NCBI RefSeq assembly: GCF_009914755.1
Contig: NC_060927.1
Source: the human T2T-CHM13v2.0 reference genome, Homo sapiens
Length of the DNA stretch: 64,000 nt
Direction: 5' to 3' (one strand)
The translations under genes were made by a program, and so were the position numbers. Within the stretch, counting starts at the first letter, position 1, and each line of letters begins with the position of its first letter. Positions 52,539 to 64,000 of the stretch are shown in pieces. The notes under the pieces are model-generated. The model was given only the letters and a program-made list of their open reading frames with translations, had not been told where the DNA came from and did not search any database.

Positions 52539-53039
52539 TTTAGAAGATTAAGGAAAGGCCTGGGTTTACAGTGTAGACTGACTGATTTTTTTGACTGGAT
52601 CTTGTATGCATTTCGATTTTTCCCATATGAAATGAAGATGAAAACATTTTACTTATAACATATTTCTGATACTAAACTAATAATGTTTAAAAGCCTTTGA
52701 GAGGCGTGCATCATTTGTAAATCTCTTTAAGTTCACAAATAGTGGAATATTTTAAGTATGTGATAGCCAACATTTGATGACAAGGCCTTGAATTTCTACA
52801 TACACGGCAAAATTGTGGTGAGCAGTATGTGGTAAGAATAAATTATCTCCTTCATTTACAACATAAAAAGTAAAGAGGCCCAAATAATATGTAGATGAAT
52901 ACCATTCCATTTTTGTTCCTATCCAAAAATGGACAAATCACATTAATTGCAATTTTCAATAAAGCAATTGTCAAGAGATTAGTCTTAAACATTATACCTG
53001 CTTTAGCTTCTAGAAGAAAACTTTCCTTGGAGTTTTTCA

Positions 53040-53200
53040 AAGACATGTGGAATTACACAGGGAGAAGGGACACTTTCTCCCACTCCCAATTTACAGATGA
53101 GAAAGTCTTGGGCACAGAACTGTCAAAGGACAACTGGTGGCAGGGCTAGAGCAGCTCCTGGTCTTTGAATCCCATTGCAGTGCTCTTCCTACTTTACTAG
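53040..53200 (-). mobile_element. MIR
   Basis: CCCAATTTACAGATGAGAAAGTCTTGGGCACAGA...GGTGGCAGGGCTAG. Confidence 0.7.
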
Positions 53201-53689
53201 GCTAACAAAAAATTGTGCTGCTGTTTTAATAAAATTTGCCAAACATTAAACCTAATCATAAATTTATAGTTAAATTGTATGTATCCCTGAGTTGCAAAGG
53301 ATTTAACTTTGTTATATAAAACATAGTTTTATGTTATATAAACTCTACATTACAGAAAACGTAGAGATATAGCATAAGAAGCTCTAATTTCTCAATTTTA
53401 ATGATAACATTATCCATCTCTCAAGATCCTGAGAGGTGAAACTGAGGGGGTTGAAGGATGAAGAGTCTGTAACCTTGGAGAATAGAGGGGAGTGAGATCA
53501 GAAACGGAAAACAAACAGAAAATGGGTACTACCCAATGGGCAAGTACCACCAAGCTTCCTTATGCTAATTTTCTGTTGCATTTGAGAAATTAAGGCATGA
53601 CTTCCCAGTTGATTTAGGCATTCTAGCCCCTTACTTTTGCCTAAAATTTCCCAAGTATACTGAGCTCTGCATAATTTCACAAAAAAAGG

Positions 53690-54012
53690 TATTTCCCATT
53701 CCCTCTATGTTTAAGCAACTCAGTGAGGCCTATCCTGACCATTACATTTGAAACTGGATGAAACCTCCACCGCCACACTCAGTCTCCATGTATAATCCTA
53801 CTCTACTTTTTTTCCCACAATACTAATCCCATTTAGCATACTATGTAACTTATTTGCTATGTTTCTTATCTGTTGTATTTCTCCCGCTAACTAGGGTGTA
53901 AACTCCATGATGACAAGGATTTTTGTCTGTTTTGTTCTGTGACTTAAGTAGGCAGAATAGTGTCTTGCACATAATAGGTGTTCAGGAAATATTTGTTGAC
54001 TTAATAATGAAT
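53690..54012 (+). mobile_element. L2a 3' end
   Basis: GTAAACTCCATGATGACAAGGATTTTTGTCTGTTTTGTTC...GCACATAATAGGTGTTCAGGAAATATTTGTTGA. Confidence 0.85.
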
Positions 54013-54129
54013 TTGAGAAAATGAAGAATAGGGAATTAGGAACATCTTGACATGTTACATGGTTACATTTGGAAAGATTTGGACAAGGTGCGCAAAAAGA
54101 GTGGGACAATAGAATCATAAGAAGACAAC

Positions 54130-54350
54130 AAAGGTGAACAATTGAGTACCGCTACATGCTAGGGAAAATACTACAGGCTTTATGCCCATTACCTTATTTT
54201 TCTCACACAGCTATTATTATTCTCATTTTACAGTTTATGAAACTGAGAGTAGATAACTTGTCTAAGTTCACTTAACTGGTGAGCAGTGAAGCCAGGATTC
54301 AAAACCCACATTTATTTGACTTCAAAGGCTATGTGTATAACTACTGCTCT
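54130..54350 (-). mobile_element. MIR
   Basis: ATTATTCTCATTTTACAGTTTATGAAACTGAGAG...GCCAGGATTCAAAACCCA. Confidence 0.8.
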
Positions 54351-55127
54351 GTAACAGACTATAAGGCCACCCCTGTGGCCCAGACAGTACTAGTGGGAGC
54401 CATCTCAGCATATGGGCCTGATTTTATTAAAGTTTATAAATGGACAGGTATCTTTCATCGGACAGGTGTCATCTTTCATTGTAGATTCATGCTGAAGAGA
54501 TTTTGCTTTCCTGAATTGCAATCTCCAAATTTACCATATAAAGAATGTTACTTCCATTAAAGCTAGAAGGATTTCCTAAAAACATCTTTAATCAAAAGGC
54601 AATTAGCATTGTTTTCCCCACCTATCAATCCTCTAAACCAGGGAACTTCAAATATCAAAATGTGTCAAGTTGCCTCAGCAGTAGAAAATGGCTTAGCAGG
54701 CTACATACTTGCAGATTCAACATGCTGAGGCAGCATCAGATGTACCTCCGTGGCTCACCTGTCTTTGCCTGTAACTACCTAAGGGTCAGGCAATATAAAG
54801 GTAGAGATTATTTCCCTGAATTCATAGGCATTTTTCCCTTTCTCCTCCTTGCCCTCGACTCACACTGGCACTTCTACACATATATTTCTTCTCCATTTAT
54901 AAACTGGAACTTATTAAAATATGTTTTACCACTTTCATGGTTAACAAATTTCTAGAAACAGAATCAGATAGCAATCAGAGATCAAAATGGATCTGGAGCA
55001 GTGAACAGGACAGGAAGGGTCAGGGACATAAGGCTTGGTATGCCAGGGATGTATGAGACTTTAGGGACAGGGATGGGGGAGAGAAAGACCAGCTTTAACA
55101 AGTTCAACCATGAAGAGGCTGGAATAA

Positions 55128-55506
<379 letters not shown>

Positions 55507-55520
55507 GTCCAGCCCTACTG

Positions 55521-55648
55521 TATTTGTTTGTTTGTTTGTTTGTTTGTTTTTGTTTTGTTTTTGAACAGAATCTTGCTCTGTTGCCCAGGCTGAAGTGACT
55601 TGACCTCCCAAAGTGCTGTGATTATAGGCGTGAGCCAGGTGCACAGCC
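55521..55648 (-). mobile_element. Internally deleted Alu (3' ~35 nt joined to 5' ~50 nt) with (TTTG)n tail
   Basis: TCTTGCTCTGTTGCCCAGGCTGAAGTG runs directly into CTTGACCTCCCAAAGTGCTG. Confidence 0.88.
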
Positions 55649-55939
55649 GAGTCCTGCTCTTTAGTAAAAAGGATAAGCTTAACAATTTAGCTGTTACCAG
55701 AAAAAGCAGAGAAAGACAATTGTTTCTCAAGGCTAGAAGAGAAAGTTAATCATTATTAATCAAGTGATTTGGAAGGGGTTGTTAAGGCATAAAGTACAAA
55801 AAAGTTTATGTTCTGTGAAGGTGTCAGGGTATGCCACATAAATATATCACCCAAGTTACTATTTAAGTAATAAGCACAACCTGACCGAGCTTCAGGAGTA
55901 TAGCTTATTTGTGGAACACCATAATTTGTGTGGTCTAGT

Positions 55940-56085
55940 CATTCTGAAGCTTAGATGTTCATAAAAATCAGCTGGATTGGGCATTTATTTAAAATTCAGA
56001 TACTTGCCACATCACGGCCAGGAATTAGAGCTTTTAACAAGTCACCTCCATGATTCTAGTGAACCACACTTTGAAAAATGCTATC
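55940..56085. mobile_element. MER5B/MER5A-like fragment
   Basis: TTTTAACAAGTCACCTCCATGATTCT...ACCACACTTTGAAAAATG. Confidence 0.6.
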
Positions 56086-56176
56086 ATAAGGCTATATGAT
56101 ACTAAGGATGCAATGAAAATTTGGAGCTAAAAATGAGATCTTCTTCTACTAGACACATATTAAGAAAGCTAAATAA

Positions 56177-56480
<304 letters not shown>

Positions 56481-56779
56481 GCTAAATAAGTCAAGTAAAA
56501 AATACATAAATACTCTGGATTTCTCCAGTGTTACCTAAATAATTGGGAATACCACTATCTTTTGTAAAGAAAACATAAGTAAATATTTAGTTCATCTCAT
56601 CCATTGTATAATACTCTGCCACCATATTAAATTTTTAGCAATCTTCAAAGAATGGCCCTCCCAAATCTCTCAAGCATTTTAATTATTATAATTAGAAGAT
56701 AAAATTTCTATTTATTATCCAGGGCTCCCTATCACTGGGCACTAAACATCACTCTATATCACAAGCCACACTTAACAGC

Positions 56780-57020
56780 TATTATTTATTGTCAGTGACT
56801 GTTTTTATATGCATCATCTTATTTAATTCTCATAATAACCCTTAAGGGTAGGAACCGTTAAAATTCCCATTTTACAGTTTAGGAAACTGAGGCCAAAGCC
56901 TTGGCAGAATTAAGAAGCTTGGTCAAGGTCATGTCAGTAGTATGACAGAGCTGGTGTTTGAATCCAGATCTTTCTGACTCCAGAAGCACCAGCTTTTAAG
57001 CTCTAAGTAATTCTGCCTCC
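56780..57020 (-). mobile_element. MIR
   Basis: ATTCCCATTTTACAGTTTAGGAAACTGAGGC...TCTGACTCCAGA. Confidence 0.85.
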
Positions 57021-57679
57021 ACTGGGAGCCTTAGTTCATACACACCCTATGAACATGTACAGATAAAGCAAATATCAATACAAATTGCATAGCTTACTGA
57101 GGATACACAATCCCAGTAGAATAACAGGTCTATTCCACAAGAAATGACATAAAATCAAAATGTAATTATGCCTCTCCAAAATATAAATAAAAACTAAAAT
57201 CTACATCAATATCTAGTGTTTGCCATTCTTACCAGACATGCTTTAACTATGGAAATAGTCATTCCTGTTGCCAGCACATGAACTATTTTTTGTTCTGTGT
57301 AGCTGCCACCTGAAACCTCCAATGTGTAGTATTTTCTGACATATTTTCTTATAACCACTAACACTTACATTTTTTTGCTGAATATTCCTAATACATTTAG
57401 CCTCCTACAGAAATTTCTGAGGCAAGCAAAATAATCTCTCCCAACCACTTACTACTACACACAAACCAAAGAGTTTAAAAAGAATAACAGTGACCACACA
57501 AATCAAAAAGGACACATCCCAACATGGAATTTTCTTTCACTTAGAATATAAAGCCAAACTAAAAACCTAAAGATCCTATAATCCAGCTTTTTTTTTTTCC
57601 TTAGCTGACTAAAGAAAACCACTTTACTCTTTAAAACAAACCTTAGCACCCTCAGGTCCTGAGGTTTGCTCTTCCACTT

Positions 57680-57885
57680 TCATATTCCTCTAGCATTGCA
57701 AGCTGGTCTGCTCTGCCTCCATCCCTGATTCTGAGGAGTATTTTGTGTTATTTTGGATATTACAGCTGCCTCTGCTACTAGACCATAAGCTCCATTAGCA
57801 CAGGGATCTGTTTGTTGTCTCTTACAATAATCATAGTACCTGGCACAGGGAAGCCAGGTCATAAATGTTGTTGAATGAATTAATA
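57680..57885 (+). mobile_element. L2 3' end
   Basis: CTAGACCATAAGCTCCATTAGCACAGGGA...ACCTGGCACAG...AAATGTTGTTGAATGAAT. Confidence 0.8.
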
Positions 57886-58296
57886 AGTAAACGACCCATA
57901 CAATTTAGTGACTTCTAGAGCTTGGTTCTTTCTTCTATGCTCACCATAATAATAGTTCGAGAATTATTGGGTGCCTCTTTCTTCTTTACTTCACTCAGGA
58001 TTGAAGAGTCACTGTTTTCTCAGATGATCACCAAGTCCTTAGACCAGCTCTTCTCCATTCACACTTTGGAGAGCCCTTCTGAATTGCTAGCTCTCCTCCT
58101 GCTGGAGTGATAGAGGTAATTTCCAGTCAATGAAGGCTGGGAGAGCAGATATAGCCTCCAAATTAGGAAGGGAAGCCTAGATGGGGTGGAGGTGCTTTCT
58201 GCTGCTTGCCTTTCTCCTCTGAACAAAGTATGACTGGAGAGGAGAAGGAATGGGACTCTACTCAGCAATTAAGGTTTAGAAGGAAGACACACACTA

Positions 58297-58707
<411 letters not shown>

Positions 58708-59236
58708 CTATTTCTCCACCTGGTGATATGTCCCAGCTGTTGCTGCAGGGGCCTCAGGAGATCTCTTGCTTCTCTTAATTCAGAGTTGTATATTCAGCAA
58801 AAGGTTTCCTTAATATTACTTAATATTATTTCCTCTCCCTCTTCTCCTACTCAGGTCACAGTCCTCTTTATTTACTTCTTTCTTCCTTTCCTCCTTCCTT
58901 CTATATTGTGACAGGCAAAATTATTCATTTTATTTTTCCTCTGTTCAATGGCACTGGCCATAGGTCAGCACTTTAACAAATTTGTATCAATCTGATAGTT
59001 GGAAAGAGAACTTTAGCAATCCAACAGGTTAGTTTTGTTTTTGAAGGAAGAAGATGGTGTTTAAAGAAAAGTGTCAGATGATGGAAAAGGAAAATATCTC
59101 TTTCCAAATAGCTCAGTACTTCTAAGTCCTGGAGTCCATTCTTCCATTGTAAAGGGACTTCAGCCTAATTTCAGGAATAGTATTTAATGCCTCCTTTTGG
59201 AGCACTGTCACATTGTTCTTTTTAAAGCTTGTCCTT

Positions 59237-59542
59237 GGCTGGTGTTATGGCTCACACCTGTAATCCCGTACTCTGAAAGGCTGAGGCGGATCACTTGAGC
59301 CCAGGAGTTCGAGATCAGCCTGATCAGTGAGACCTCATCACTACAAAATATTTAAAAATTAGCGGAGTGTGGTGGTGTGCACTTGTGGTCTCAGCTACTT
59401 AGGAGGCTGAGGTGGGAGGATCACAGATCACTTGAGTCTGGGAGGTTGAGACTGCAGTGAGCTATGATGACACCACTGTACTACAGCCTGGGTGACAGAG
59501 TAAGACCCTCTCTTAAAAAAAAAAAGAAAAAAAGAAAAAATA
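59237..59542 (+). mobile_element. AluJ with TSD
   Basis: Dimer; TSD AAAGCTTGTCCTT / AAGGCTTGTTCTT. Confidence 0.93.
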
Positions 59543-61379
59543 AGGCTTGTTCTTTCTGGTAGGCCACTTGCAACACATTTGCTTTTTGTCAGTAACTCAT
59601 ATAGGTGGGGGTGAGCATAGAGGGGAATTCATACAATAACATCATTTAACTCCCCCCCCTTAGTTTTAGCCCCTTTACCTCAAAACATCATTGTTTTAGT
59701 TAACTTCTCAATTGTATGTCCCATCCTACTGCAGGAAAAAGCAGACTTTCTCGCCAACTGTACTTCCTGTATTGCAACTGCACCTTCAGACAATGCTCCT
59801 GGCCTATCGCCTATCTCCTGTCTCCAAGCCCTGAAAATCTCACTTCATTTGGGGTTTCAGTTATAGCTTTCAATTACTTGTTTCTTGCTGTAACCTTACC
59901 TGTATAATGATTCTAATAAATCCTCCTTTTTCTTCAGCTAGTTTGAGTAGATGACTGTGGAATATAATAGGAAGTTAAAGCGTTTAAAAATTTTTGAGAC
60001 CACCTAGACACTCAAAATGAGTTCAGATTTCCTACACGCTTGAATGATACCTGAGGGTCTTAAGAAAATATGCAGTTAAGATTGAACTGTTGAACTCCAA
60101 CAAAAATCCTTTCCAGAACAAGTCAATGAATATAACAAATAAATAAACATATTAAGAAATAATTTATTTCTGAATATTTGCAGATGTAAGTTCAGACCAT
60201 AAACATTCTGAGTAATTCTAGTTAAATGTCTTGGGGTTGAGGGGGAAAAGGTGAATTCTGGAAATCATAGGACGGTAAAAGAGACATTGAGCCTAGATAA
60301 GATTCTAGAAAGTGATATGTAGTAGAATGCCCATTACATCCTCCCATTCCCATGATCACTTTAGAAGACTGTTTCTGCCTACAAACACCAAAAGAGCAGC
60401 CCTCCATTACAGGTGAATCCTTGCCCTTCACCTGATGACACTGACACCTAGTGACATAGAGGTGTGTGCTTTTGTTTCCATGCTTAGTTATCTTTAAAGC
60501 TCTTGAATTCTGTGAGAAACCCCCAAGAGCTGTACAATTAATTTCCCCCTTTTTAAGGCTTATCTGAGTAGCTTTGTGGCCCTTGAAATTAAATGAAATC
60601 TGATAGGCAAGTGAAGGAAAGACCTGTGCATACTTAGAAAAGGATGACATAATCTCTAGAAGCCAGCACAGTGTCACCAAGACTAGCCTAAATTTATATT
60701 TCTTTTGTAACAGGGTTAATAAACGATAGCTCAGTTGCATGGTGGCTGTTGGGGATGTTATAGATTTCTCGTTTCCACCTGTCTGGTATCTATTTGCCTT
60801 CCTGTCTTACTAGTTCTCTACTTTTACACGGGTAACCAAAAAACCTTCTTTGCATGCAATGTTTTTTTTTCTATTGTTTTGTTAAAGTTTATTTTTAAAA
60901 ATATTTGATACATATCACAAAAATAATCTAACATTTATATTCTTTATAAAATGAACATCTGTGAATCCACCAATAACCATAATGTTACCAATACATTGTA
61001 TCCCTCTAAATATTTCTGTCCTAACTCGACTTCTTGCCTCCTCCCTCACCGCACCTCCTCCCCACACCAGGTAAGCAAGCAAAGTGTCCTCTACTACCCT
61101 AGCCAAAGGGTAAGCACCAAACATGGCGAAGCCACTCTCCCACTCTCTTTAGTGGCATGATAAATGCATGGAACAAAGTTTGAGCAAATTCATCATAATG
61201 AAGATATTCTAACCTAAAATGATGTCAATACCTGGAGGTGACACTGTTTTTGGGCTTTCTGAGATCTCATTCTCTAGCTTCTTCTTTATTTCTAGGAGCT
61301 ACCCCATATCCTTCTATAATTTCTTTTTTTTATTTTAATTAACCAGCATTATTAAATACCCCACTTATCAAAGAACTCT

Positions 61380-61690
61380 CTGATAATATTAGTAAATGCA
61401 AATTTCATAAACCCTTTTTGATAAAGCTACATCAAGTATTTTAATAAATGAACTGCAAAAAATATGGATAGGATGAGAGTGAAATTATACAATAATGGTC
61501 ACCTCTGGGGAAAAGTGGAAGAGGACTGGACCAGGGAAGGTGATTTCAACTGAATGTGCAATGTTTTACCTCTTATAAATAAATCTGAGGCAGTATAATA
61601 ACATGTTAAGTAGTAATAAAGCTCCTAGGTGGCCGCTACATTATATTATTCTCTATAAATTTCTTTAGGTTTAAATAATAAAAATTTAGG
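61380..61690 (+). mobile_element. Old L1 (L1ME4/L1MC-like) 3' end
   Basis: ATAATGGTCACCTCTGGGG...TTTCAACTGAATGTGCAATGTTTTA...AAATCTGAGGCAG. Confidence 0.65.
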
Positions 61691-61729
61691 TGAAAATAGG
61701 CGACTCTATCATGGCTCAACAACTGTGGC

Positions 61730-62850
61730 CATGGGAGTGCTGGTTAATAAATCAATGTTAACCAATATATTGGGAGGTGGGTGCTTTTTGGTTCTGCCTT
61801 GGACAATGCTTTTAAAAACAACTTGGAAAAACGTAAAGAAGCCATGAAATTTGTGAATGAACCAAGATGCTGAGATCAATAGCAAATGTGTTGAATAAAA
61901 TGATCGCATACAAAAAGATGTTGGCAAAGTGGAATTATGGGCTGAATCTCACCGGCTTAAAAAAAAAAAAAGAGAAAGGAAAACTCTACTTTGTGTACTT
62001 CTTACATGACAAGCACTGTTTTAAGTATTTTACATATATTACTTAATTATTGTAATAACCTTATAAGGTACATTATTATTACCTCTTTTTTACATGAGGA
62101 ACTGAAGCAAAGGGAAGTTATATAATTTGTTCAAGTTTACAAAGTTAGTAAGTATTGGATCCAAATACTGACCCATCTTGGTATAACTCCAAAAACTCAG
62201 CTCTTAATCACTGTACAATACCAAGGTTAAAAAGGCGTATGCCTCAATATGTCCCAAATAAATGATACAATACACAATGGAGAAGACACGGCTTAACAGC
62301 CCACGTTTTAAAAACGTTTTTTGTTTTTGAGAATAAGCACAATATGGGTCAGCAGAGTGATTTGTAACAAAGTGACTGCCAAAAAAACATGCTCTATCTC
62401 AAGCTGCATTAATAGAAATATTGTATCAAGGAGCCATGGTCATGCTGTTCTGCACACTGCCTCAGCTCCCACCTGCTCTGTATATCACACATCAAGGAGC
62501 ACATCCACAAAGACAATAGGCAGGGTTTGAGAGACCAAGAATCAACAATGGTTCCTAGGAAGAAAGTTTTAAGGACTTGGGACTATTAGCTTGGAAAATG
62601 GACAACTCAATTCAGGGGGCAGTCATGATAGCTGTCTTCATATATATATATCAAGTGCCACATGGAAGAGGGATTAGATTTTTTTTTGTGGTCTCAAGGG
62701 GGTAGAAAAAGAAACAATGTGAAACTTAAAAGGAGAGAAATGATGTTAAAATACCAAAAAGAACTTTGTAGTGGTCAAAACTGTCAGAAGATGAAATAGA
62801 CTGTCTTGGCAAGAAGAGAGTTCCCAGGATATGGATGTGTCACAGCAGAA
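61730..62850 (+). mobile_element. L3/CR1 fragment interrupted by an antisense MIR (~61980-62220)
   Basis: AGCTGCATTAATAGAAATATTGTATCAAG, GGACTTGGGACTATTAGCTTGGAAAA, ATGATAGCTGTCTTCA, CACATGGAAGAGGGATTAGA. Confidence 0.8.
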
Positions 62851-63059
62851 GTTCCTTGCTGGGGATGTTGTTGAAGCTTCTAATGGGACCATGGCTAGAA
62901 AGACCTCTCTGCTAACGCTAAAGCATACTGATTTGATGATCAACTCCATTAGTGTAAAATCATTGTCCACTTAGAGACCTATTTTTATGGTATGATTCTT
63001 AAGTGTCTCCCTGGTCAGTCCCCTCCCCCTTCCTCCAAAAAAAAAGTAGACAGCTTCCA

Positions 63060-63275
63060 GAATGAGAAGTCTAGGACCTTTGTATTAACCCAACTCTGTT
63101 ACTAGCTTTATAATATTAAAGGAATAATTTAACATTTCCTCGCTTTAATTGTTTTCATTTATAAAGAAGGTCCCTCTATCTGTCTCACCTACCTCATCTG
63201 GATTTTAGTGAGTATGCTAGGCTGTCTCATGTAAAAGTGCTTTAGAAAATTACAACAATATGCAAGTATAATTTA
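63060..63275 (+). mobile_element. MIR
   Basis: CCCAACTCTGTTACTAGC...GTTTTCATTTATAAAG...ATGTAAAAGTGCTTTAGAAA. Confidence 0.7.
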
Positions 63276-63858
63276 TAATGCCTACAATGTAAGTTCTGTT
63301 TACCATATATCTGGGACCCCCCCAACCTTTTCTGACACTTCTCTTATCCTTGGATTCTCTCTGAGCTTCCTTAGAATTTATGGCATTTTTGTTTGTTTTT
63401 GCTTGTCTTCTTCATTAATTTTACAAATCTTTGTTGTTATTGTTACATGTCAGTCATGTATTAGTTACTGTTCTAGCCACTGTTGGAAAATAAAACCTTG
63501 AAGGAGACAACATTTTCCTCAAGGTGTTTGCCATCAAATAAAGATCTCTACCAATACATACATAACATAATGCAAGGCAAGATATTTGAATGCCTTAAGA
63601 ATAACATAGATAAAATGCTATAAAAGATCACAGGAGAGTGGGAATTCAAAGATGTTTGGCCCCAAGAATCACCCTAGGAAAGCAGGATATTCTCCTCTTT
63701 CTTTCTTATCCCCAAGTCTTCTGGGACACCATAGAAGCTGGTTCTCTTCAAGATTATGAATTTCTGCATTGGTGCTAACAAGTGGTCCAACTATCCAAGC
63801 TCTAATTTTTACTGCCTTTGCATTGGCTTGAGGAGAAAGGTATGGTTTTCTCTATTTA

Positions 63859-63912
63859 TTTTCCTGTAGAAAGAGAAAAAACACTTTTTCCTATAGAAAG
63901 AGAAAAAACGCT
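63859..63912. repeat. 27-bp tandem duplication
   Basis: TTTTCCTGTAGAAAGAGAAAAAACACT / TTTTCCTATAGAAAGAGAAAAAACGCT. Confidence 0.93.
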
Positions 63913-64000
63913 GAAGCTCAGCAAGGTCAAGTACAAGTCATAAATTGTTATGTAAGGCAGACCCTCATCATTGTAACTATCTAGAGTTTCAGTGCACAAA

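Noticed and set aside
60222-60740. 172-aa minus-strand ORF, the longest outside L1
   Set aside because: No recognisable domain or splice context; one such frame is plausible by chance in 64 kb. PhyloCSF would settle it.
59590-61380. Possible ancient LTR fragments (59590-59960, 60750-61380) and an antisense L1 tail (60860-61050)
   Set aside because: They look repeat-derived but are too diverged to name or bound reliably by eye.

Overview
Primate (probably ape/human-type) nuclear DNA, about 38-40% GC by eye, non-coding and dominated by interspersed repeats. It holds roughly 25 Alu/FLAM copies (J, S and one AluY), a decayed full-length ~6.45 kb L1 (L1PA7-like 5' UTR and ORFs, L1PA6-like 3' UTR) at 15841-22290, a 5'-truncated L1PA4-like copy with a perfect 14-bp TSD, older L1M, L2, L3/CR1 and MIR fragments, MaLR/ERVL solo LTRs, and hAT/mariner MITEs. 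I found no host protein-coding exon, RNA gene, CpG island or CRISPR array, and no evidence of a new multi-gene system; the long ORFs in the track are L1 ORF1/ORF2 fragments or chance/repeat-derived frames. What merits a second look is a record of mutational mechanisms: an L1 5' junction that fits abortive twin priming, a TSD-less L1 that may be a recombinant chimera, four ultra-short TSD-flanked retro-insertions, several template-switch palindromes and inverted insertions, an old non-adjacent duplication of an AluJ plus its flank, a 340-bp tandem duplication, and a few candidate minus-strand non-coding exons and enhancer motifs. Subfamily names come from remembered consensus sequences, not a RepeatMasker run, and boundaries of old repeats are approximate.
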